NCBI GenBank assembly: GCA_048886685.1
Contig: JBHLKM010000001.1
Span: 192,001 to 256,000 of the forward strand
From: Candidatus Hodarchaeota archaeon
GTDB lineage: Archaea > Asgardarchaeota > Lokiarchaeia > Sigyniarchaeales > SOKP01
DNA: 64,000 nt
Reading direction: 5' to 3'
The first letter of the stretch is position 1, and every line of letters begins with the position of its first letter. The notes beneath the pieces are model-generated. The model had not been told where the DNA came from. It did not search any database and saw only the letters and a program-made list of their open reading frames with translations. This document shows, one piece after another, positions 57,768 through 64,000 of the stretch. Made by a program: the position numbers and the translations under genes.

Positions 57768-58160
57768 TTATCCAGTAAAAGCGTTGTATGCTGCTTCGTC
57801 TATTAAATTACCTTTTTCAGCATCCCAGTTCGAAGGTTCGATTTTATAGAGCCAAGCTGCAAAAGCATCTTCATTAATCTTTTCTGGCTCATCCATTAAA
57901 TCAGAATTAATTGCAATGACTGTACCTGAGACTGGGCTATAAATATCTCCAACAGCTTTACTGCTTTCTACAGTACAATCTATTGGATCGCTAGTAGGCT
58001 CGTCCCCATCCATCTTTACTTGTTCTAATTCAGCACCATCAAGACCTTCAACATCAACAAAAGATATCTCACCTAATTGCTCAGCTGCATAGGGGGTGAT
58101 TCCAACTTCTTTTGTTCCATCATCAAACCATTGATGTGTTTTAGTAAACCATTTAGCCAT
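57768..58160 (-). CDS. gcvH: Glycine cleavage system H protein
   Basis: HQW, VGITPYA..LGEI.FV, VESSKAV (lipoyl Lys), SPVSG, PEKIN, WL. Confidence 0.92.
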   Translation of the reverse strand: MAKWFTKTHQWFDDGTKEVGITPYAAEQLGEISFVDVEGLDGAELEQVKMDGDEPTSDPIDCTVESSKAVGDIYSPVSGTVIAINSDLMDEPEKINEDAFAAWLYKIEPSNWDAEKGNLIDEAAYNAFTG

Positions 58161-58281
58161 TTTTATCTAACTCCTTTTAAATTTATTTATGAATTAAAAA
58201 TAATATTGAATTAAATAATATGTTTTAATTAATTAAGGTAATAATTTAAAATTTTATTATTGAGATTTTTAATCAGATTAT

Positions 58282-59127
58282 TTGAATGATATGGTTTCAA
58301 GACTAAAGCACAAACTAAACTTCTATAATGAATTTAAAGATTTTTATTTTCAAATAATAAACGATTTTAAATTTGATTATCAAGAAGATTGTAAAGCACG
58401 TGATTATTTATCAGAGATATTATCAAAAAAAAACCTTAAGTGGAAAATAGAAAAGATTATAAAATCTTTTAAAACCCTAATTGTATCAAAACCCGTAATT
58501 TTAATCTATGGTTGTGGTCCTTCATTAGAAGAGACTGTTGATAAAATATTGAGACAAAAAGGGAAGAATTATTTTGATAAGTTTATCAATATAGCTGCTA
58601 ATGGTGCTTCAGTTTTTTTGAGGGAAAAAAATATAACAATTGATGCGATATTTACAGATTTAGATGGTATAACCAGAAATGAATTTATTTATTCAAAATT
58701 TAATGTAATTCATGCACATGGAGATAATATTGAGAAGTTAATATCTTTTGAGAAGTATATCCTAGAATTTGAAAATGTTATTGGAACTACTCAAGTGGAA
58801 CCCTTAGAGAATGTTATAAACCCGGGAGGATTCACAGATGGTGATAGGATTCTTTATTTCATTCATAAATTATTAAATCCGTCTCAAATAATATTTCTTA
58901 TCGGAATGGATTTTAAGAATATTGTTGGTAAATACTCCAAATTAGATATTAAGAACGATCAAGAAGGTAGTTTGATTAAAAAAAAAAAACTACGCTATGC
59001 CGTTGAGTTATTAGAGTGGATTAAAATTAGAATAATAAATGAGATATTTTTTGTAAATTCTGAGATTGTATCTGATAAATTCAGATATATATCTGTAAGA
59101 GATTTCATAAAAATGAATAATTCTTGA
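58282..59127 (+). CDS. mptE: 6-hydroxymethyl-dihydropterin pyrophosphokinase MptE (DUF115)
   Basis: G.GPSL, TDLDG, HAHGDN, GTTQ, GGFTDGDR, GMDF, K..KL. Confidence 0.85.
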   Translation: MNDMVSRLKHKLNFYNEFKDFYFQIINDFKFDYQEDCKARDYLSEILSKKNLKWKIEKIIKSFKTLIVSKPVILIYGCGPSLEETVDKILRQKGKNYFDKFINIAANGASVFLREKNITIDAIFTDLDGITRNEFIYSKFNVIHAHGDNIEKLISFEKYILEFENVIGTTQVEPLENVINPGGFTDGDRILYFIHKLLNPSQIIFLIGMDFKNIVGKYSKLDIKNDQEGSLIKKKKLRYAVELLEWIKIRIINEIFFVNSEIVSDKFRYISVRDFIKMNNS

Positions 59128-59130
59128 ATT

Positions 59131-59949
59131 TTAAATTTTATAGTCCTGAATCCCTTTTGGGGTAATTTTATAAAGAAGTTTCTTTTCTGTAAGATTTAAT
59201 GAATTAACTAGTTGAACATAATTCTTTTCCTTACCTTTTTTACTTAAATACACATATTCTGAGAAGAAATGGTTTAAAAATTGATTTCCAACAGGAATTT
59301 CTCGAATATTTGCTTTTTCAGAGAAACTGGAAGCAACTTGGGAAGTCGCTATTGTTATTAAATTAAATTTATAAGTTAACTCATCAACTTTTTTTAGAAT
59401 CTTCAAAAATATGTCCTTTGCCTTATTGAATGATATATTTTTATCACCTAAATCAGCCCTAAAATGATTGTTAATTGTGTCAATGATTAAAATGCCTCCA
59501 CGATTTTTTATAATAGCATTTTCAAGATCCGCTAGAGCCAATAAAAATGCTGAGTTACTCATAATTTTTGATACTATGACACTTTCGAGCACATGTTGAA
59601 ATTCAAATTCAGAAGGTGTCAATAATTCTCTTATTCTTTCAGGACGAAATGTATTTTCTGTATCAAAATAAAATATGTATTTAATATTTTTTGAACTTAA
59701 TATTTTATTGAGATGTTTATAAGTTTGAACGCATAATTGGTGACATAGCTGGGTTTTACCTGTTTTATTTGATCCAAAGATCAAATATTTTTTTTTTGAA
59801 TAAAAACCACCCCCTATTACATCATCAAAGTTTCTAGAACCCAAGGGCAGAATAAATCGATCTTTTTGCTGATCTTCTGATATAGAAATAATTTGGTTGG
59901 GTGTTATGATTTGGGTTTTTTTTATTTCTAAAATTTCATGAAGACTCAT
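59131..59949 (-). CDS. RadA/Rad51 paralog lacking the N-terminal HhH domain
   Basis: D..IGGG, FGSNKTGKTQLCHQL, DTENTFRPERI, LIIDT. Confidence 0.85.
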   Translation of the reverse strand: MSLHEILEIKKTQIITPNQIISISEDQQKDRFILPLGSRNFDDVIGGGFYSKKKYLIFGSNKTGKTQLCHQLCVQTYKHLNKILSSKNIKYIFYFDTENTFRPERIRELLTPSEFEFQHVLESVIVSKIMSNSAFLLALADLENAIIKNRGGILIIDTINNHFRADLGDKNISFNKAKDIFLKILKKVDELTYKFNLITIATSQVASSFSEKANIREIPVGNQFLNHFFSEYVYLSKKGKEKNYVQLVNSLNLTEKKLLYKITPKGIQDYKI

Positions 59950-60142
59950 TTATATGTATTAAGATAATTTAAATTTAAATATAGTTTTGTGTATACTAAT
60001 TAAACCTAAATAATTATAGCTCAGAATTCTAGATTAAAAACGTAAAATTAATTTAAAAATAAACATAAAATTAATATCATAGTGCTTAAAATGTAAATTT
60101 TAATCTCTTATATTTTGGAATAAATATTAATATCCAAATAAA

Positions 60143-60754
60143 ATGGCTAAAAAGAAAAAAGAAACTTGCCCATATTGTGGGAAGAGTTTTGCTTATTTAT
60201 CCCGTCATAAATGTAAGATAAAAGAAAGAATTGAAGGTTCCACGGATGAAAAATCAGAAGTGGAACGAAGAATCGAAAGAATAGAAGAAAAAAAGAAAGA
60301 GTTTAGCCGAGCATTACGTAAAAGTGAAAAAGATGTATTGAATATTATTAATCGAGAAAAAAATATTTATTTTAATGATCTTCTAAGGTTAGGTGATACT
60401 GAGTCTAATGAACTTGAGGAAATTTTAGAAGTCCTATCCTTACAATCAAAAATAAAAGTAAAGAGAGAGTTAGTTGATGCCTCTTGGACAAAATTCATTA
60501 GTTCAATTGAAGAAATAGATGTTAAAGTTGAAGCCGTTAAAATTGATAAAGAGCGCAAAGACTTTGTATGGAATATGTTTTCTAGACAACCCTGTTTTAT
60601 CTGTCCTTTTATAACTAAATGTAATGATACAAATTTAGACCAATTTAACCCATTTCAATGCCCTTGGTTAACCGAGTGGATTGAAACTACATCAAATGGT
60701 AAAGAATATAATATAAACTTTGATGAAATAGAATCACGATTACAAGATGTCTAA
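60143..60754 (+). CDS. TFEbeta/RPC34-like protein (Zn finger + winged helix + Fe-S domain)
   Basis: C-terminal PCFICP...C...P..CPWLTEWI motif; central winged helix; N-terminal CPYC..HKC. Confidence 0.75.
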   Translation: MAKKKKETCPYCGKSFAYLSRHKCKIKERIEGSTDEKSEVERRIERIEEKKKEFSRALRKSEKDVLNIINREKNIYFNDLLRLGDTESNELEEILEVLSLQSKIKVKRELVDASWTKFISSIEEIDVKVEAVKIDKERKDFVWNMFSRQPCFICPFITKCNDTNLDQFNPFQCPWLTEWIETTSNGKEYNINFDEIESRLQDV

Positions 60755-61393
60755 TTATCTCTTTTGCAATCCAATAAGGTAAATTTCATTACTTTTTTTT
60801 TTTGAAGATCTTGGTTTAAAAGTTTTCAAAACTTTAAAATCGGCCTTAGTTTTTGTAACTAATTTGTTAAAATCAGATCCCTGAAAAGTTTTTAAAACTA
60901 AAATACCCTTATGTTTTAAAAGGACTTTTGAAAGATCAAGAACCTTATAACTAAGATTAACTTGGTTTAAATGGTCTGAGAATTTATTACCAATCTTTTT
61001 GATGGAAGCATCAGATAGTAATAAATCTATTTTTGTCTGAAAATAAGATTGAACCTTTTCAGTAAATTCAGGATTTGTGAAATCCATATTTAAAAAATCA
61101 ATGTTTTCAATCGGAGTTATTTTTTTAATATCAACGCCTAATATTTTGTAATGATCTCGATGGTAATACTGATCATTATATTTAGATATATTTTCCTCAG
61201 CAAATTTTTTAACAACTTGAAGCCAAGAACCTGGAGCAGATCCTAAATCTAAAATATAGAATGCTCTTTTAAAAATATTATATTTGTTTTGAATATCAAA
61301 TAATTTATATGCTGATCTTGCTCTAAATCCTTCTCTTTTTGCTTTGTGATAATATGAATCGCCTTTATGATTATTTGTCAAGATGATTCTCAA
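60755..61393 (-). CDS. rlmE: 23S rRNA 2'-O-methyltransferase RlmE/FtsJ
   Basis: AKREGFRARSAYKL, LDLGSAPGSW, SD, K.FQG, KPRSS...SNE.Y. Confidence 0.92.
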   Translation of the reverse strand: MRIILTNNHKGDSYYHKAKREGFRARSAYKLFDIQNKYNIFKRAFYILDLGSAPGSWLQVVKKFAEENISKYNDQYYHRDHYKILGVDIKKITPIENIDFLNMDFTNPEFTEKVQSYFQTKIDLLLSDASIKKIGNKFSDHLNQVNLSYKVLDLSKVLLKHKGILVLKTFQGSDFNKLVTKTKADFKVLKTFKPRSSKKKSNEIYLIGLQKR

Positions 61394-61398
61394 TTCTA

Positions 61399-62643
61399 TT
61401 AATTTTTTAATTCTAATAACATATCTTTAATCGAAATTATATCCATATTCGTTTTAATCGATAAAAAATCAAAATGTGTTCTTGAAATTTTATAACCTCT
61501 TCCTTTAATAGACGCTAATATTGTAGTTAATTTTGGCACATTTGAAATTTTTAAGTTTTTACTTAAATTATGGATATTGTAATAAAAAGGGGGCATATTT
61601 ATCTCTTCTTGAATCAAATTTAATAATTTATTAATTTTTTTCTTATTTCTATATTGAAATTCTTGATTTAGAAGAATTAATTCATTTACAAATCTTAAAT
61701 CATGAATTTCATTTACCCAAAGAGGACCTGCGTATTGAATATGGTTAAAATTCATACAAACAGGACATTGATTAGGTAATCCTAAAATATTATCTCGAAA
61801 AGTTGATCGATATCCACAATTATTACAATATATTAAATACCCATAATCTTTAAAATACTGTGATATTTTTTTCCTATTTTTAAGGGTTAAACAGAAAACT
61901 CTTAAAAAGTGTGATGAATAGAATGTAAGTATTGGAATAATACCCATTTTGTTAACATTTGCAATTCTTGATATAAAGTATATTAATATGCGAGCACCAA
62001 TTTCTTTACAAAATTCAGTATGTAAAGGTTTAGACATATATTTTCGAATACAACTTTTTGGTCTGACGCCAAATAAAACTGCTGTATCAGTAGCAGTAAC
62101 GCATAATAAACCATCTACTTTTTGTATAGCTTTAAAAGCACCATCAATATATAGGTTAGGTGTCCCAAATGGATCAATTGAGATGACATTAGGTTTCTGT
62201 AGACTTTTTTGAGATGAAATATAAGAATATTGTGCAATCTCAGAAAATAAGAAATTGGCTTCTTTCCTAGACACTTCAATGTGAGCTGGATGATTAAACA
62301 TATTGTTTAAAGATAAATTTTTATTAATTAAATCAACGGCTGTTGGATTTATATCATTGATATAAATTTTTTTAACATTCGAGCAATCTTTTAGTATTCG
62401 AATAGAACTAATTCCTGAAGCAGCCATTGAATCTACAATTGTAAGCGGATTCTGGTTATATACTCTGCCGAACGCTATAATAGCTAAATTAGAAACATCT
62501 CTATTAATCTCCATTTTTTGATTATAAAATACCATCATTGATTTGGATGGAATCGAATCTTTATCAATAGTATGAATATAAAATTCGGCGTTTCCTTCTT
62601 TAATCGTACTTAGATTAAAATTCATTGATTCTTCTTTTTTCAT
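61399..62643 (-). CDS. trm1: tRNA (guanine26-N2)-dimethyltransferase
   Basis: VFYN..M..NRD, AASGI, NDIN, IDPFGTP, VTATD, GPLW, SRTHF. Confidence 0.93.
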   Translation of the reverse strand: MKKEESMNFNLSTIKEGNAEFYIHTIDKDSIPSKSMMVFYNQKMEINRDVSNLAIIAFGRVYNQNPLTIVDSMAASGISSIRILKDCSNVKKIYINDINPTAVDLINKNLSLNNMFNHPAHIEVSRKEANFLFSEIAQYSYISSQKSLQKPNVISIDPFGTPNLYIDGAFKAIQKVDGLLCVTATDTAVLFGVRPKSCIRKYMSKPLHTEFCKEIGARILIYFISRIANVNKMGIIPILTFYSSHFLRVFCLTLKNRKKISQYFKDYGYLIYCNNCGYRSTFRDNILGLPNQCPVCMNFNHIQYAGPLWVNEIHDLRFVNELILLNQEFQYRNKKKINKLLNLIQEEINMPPFYYNIHNLSKNLKISNVPKLTTILASIKGRGYKISRTHFDFLSIKTNMDIISIKDMLLELKN

Positions 62644-62703
62644 TTTTAATTTAATAATATTTAAAAAATAAATTAAATGTTGTAATTCTAATAATTGATT
62701 ATA

Positions 62704-63393
62704 TTACTGAAATCCATTTTCCGTTATTTTAGTCATGAAAGATATTTGTTTATCTTCAGGATGTTTTGTAAGAATAAATTTTCTCTTTTGTAATATTTCA
62801 GTACGTTCAATTCTTATATCTAATGATACCCAATATTCCATTACTTTGCCCCCACTTTGAATTTCTATTGGTTGATCATTCTCTCTGATTTGAACTTTTT
62901 CATTGACAACTAAGATATTTATGTTGTAAGATTCGTTTATATAGGAAAGATTTGCTAATATTTGATTTAAGTAATAATTTAAGTTGTAATTTTTATCTTT
63001 TCTTTCTCTGTTTAATTCTAATCGATATAGATCTGTAAGTGAATCGATTATAATTAGATTATAATGATTATTTGCTTCATTTAAATTTCTTAAAATTAAA
63101 TATTCTAAATTGAATACTATGTTGTGCAGATCATTAAAATTATCTGGTATAATAAAAGTAATTTTATCCAGAGCTTCTTTTGAATCTTTGAATATTCTAT
63201 TGACTTTTTCATAAGGAAACTTTGGTTTCGAATAGATATAAACAATTTTATTTCCATTTTTAATTGAGTTTAAGGAAGTCTGGATTGCAAATGTAGTTTT
63301 TCCAACACCAAAATCACCCCAAACGGAAATTATACCTTTAAAAAGAGGGATTCTTTTAAAATATTCATTTAATATTAAGGTTGGAAATTTCAT
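62704..63393 (-). CDS. RadB-like RecA-family ATPase
   Basis: GDFGVGKTT, LIIIDSLTDLYR, VVN, GG..MEYW. Confidence 0.8.
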   Translation of the reverse strand: MKFPTLILNEYFKRIPLFKGIISVWGDFGVGKTTFAIQTSLNSIKNGNKIVYIYSKPKFPYEKVNRIFKDSKEALDKITFIIPDNFNDLHNIVFNLEYLILRNLNEANNHYNLIIIDSLTDLYRLELNRERKDKNYNLNYYLNQILANLSYINESYNINILVVNEKVQIRENDQPIEIQSGGKVMEYWVSLDIRIERTEILQKRKFILTKHPEDKQISFMTKITENGFQ

Positions 63394-63437
63394 TTAATTA
63401 AAAATTATTAATTTTATTTAATATTATTAATTATAAT

Positions 63438-64000
63438 TTGAGAAATAAAATTTTATATGTATATACGGAGAATCTGAATTTTTTTTATAAATTAAATAGG
63501 GAACTTAATCGACTAAATATTAGGTTTAAAGTTTTAAGCGGATTATCAAAAATTCCAGACGTTTCCTCGTTACTTCTTACAACCTTTAAAGAATTTTATA
63601 ATTTTAAAGAGCATTATAAAAAGTTGAAAATTATCGCTTATGATGAAGAGGAAAATTTCAAATATTACATACTAAAAGTATTAGCGGCTTATAGGATAGG
63701 GTATAAGGATAATTATACCGACCTACTCTTTTCTATAGATCCAGGCTCTAAGAAAGTAGGATTAATTGTGTTTCTAGATGATTATTATTTTGATTCTCAT
63801 ACCTTTTATGATGAGAATATTCTCATTGATTTCATTAAAGAATATGTAAATTTTTTCCAAAGGGGTAACCCCAACTTGCTAAAGTTGACATTTAAATTTG
63901 GTAGCGGCGTTTTAATTTTAACCTCAAGGCTGATTGAAAGAGTTTTTAATGCATTCCAGGAAAGAAATGGATTAAAAATTTATTTAATTAATGAGTCAAA
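63438..64000 (+). CDS. Partial ORF with RNase H-like (YqgF/RuvC-type) motif
   Basis: TTG start MRNKILYVYTENLNFFYKLN...; SIDPGSKKVG motif; runs off the window. Confidence 0.6.
   Translation, partial: MRNKILYVYTENLNFFYKLNRELNRLNIRFKVLSGLSKIPDVSSLLLTTFKEFYNFKEHYKKLKIIAYDEEENFKYYILKVLAAYRIGYKDNYTDLLFSIDPGSKKVGLIVFLDDYYFDSHTFYDENILIDFIKEYVNFFQRGNPNLLKLTFKFGSGVLILTSRLIERVFNAFQERNGLKIYLINES

Noticed and set aside
302-62212. Many 60-140 aa antisense or alternate-frame ORFs in the track (e.g. 1534..1962, 13312..13671, 21374..21775, 45273..45629)
   Set aside because: They are shadows of well-supported genes and carry no recognisable motifs
1-64000. CRISPR arrays, transposases, integrases, rRNA genes, UGA-recoded selenoproteins
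   Set aside because: None seen; TGA-terminated genes end at expected lengths

Overview
AT-rich (~30% GC) archaeal chromosome segment, most likely from an Asgard archaeon (Lokiarchaeia/Promethearchaeota). The assignment is inferred from Vps28-, roadblock-, OSTC/DC2-, Yip1-, TMCO1/EMC3- and TFEbeta/RPC34-like genes, selenocysteine machinery and GGTGA Shine-Dalgarno motifs. Content is mostly housekeeping: shikimate genes (aroE/K/D), adk, a thiamine cluster, L11-L1-L10-P1-secY-DUF106, L34e-cmk-L14e-tRNA-Ser, the uS19-to-uL15 ribosomal operon, a Sec cluster (SepSecS, tRNA-Sec, SelB), rtcA, rlmE, trm1 and two RadA paralogs. The main finding is that rpl11 is interrupted in its conserved PPIGP motif by a 35-nt insert with an in-frame stop. 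The insert sits in a relaxed bulge-helix-bulge structure whose predicted endonuclease cut sites restore the frame exactly, making it a candidate tRNA-type intron in a ribosomal-protein mRNA. The window also has a three-intron tRNA-Ile(UAU), apparent ATT starts for eL34 and uS14, and a ~100-nt structured leader upstream of rpl11. All calls come from reading the sequence and recalled family motifs; no searches were run.
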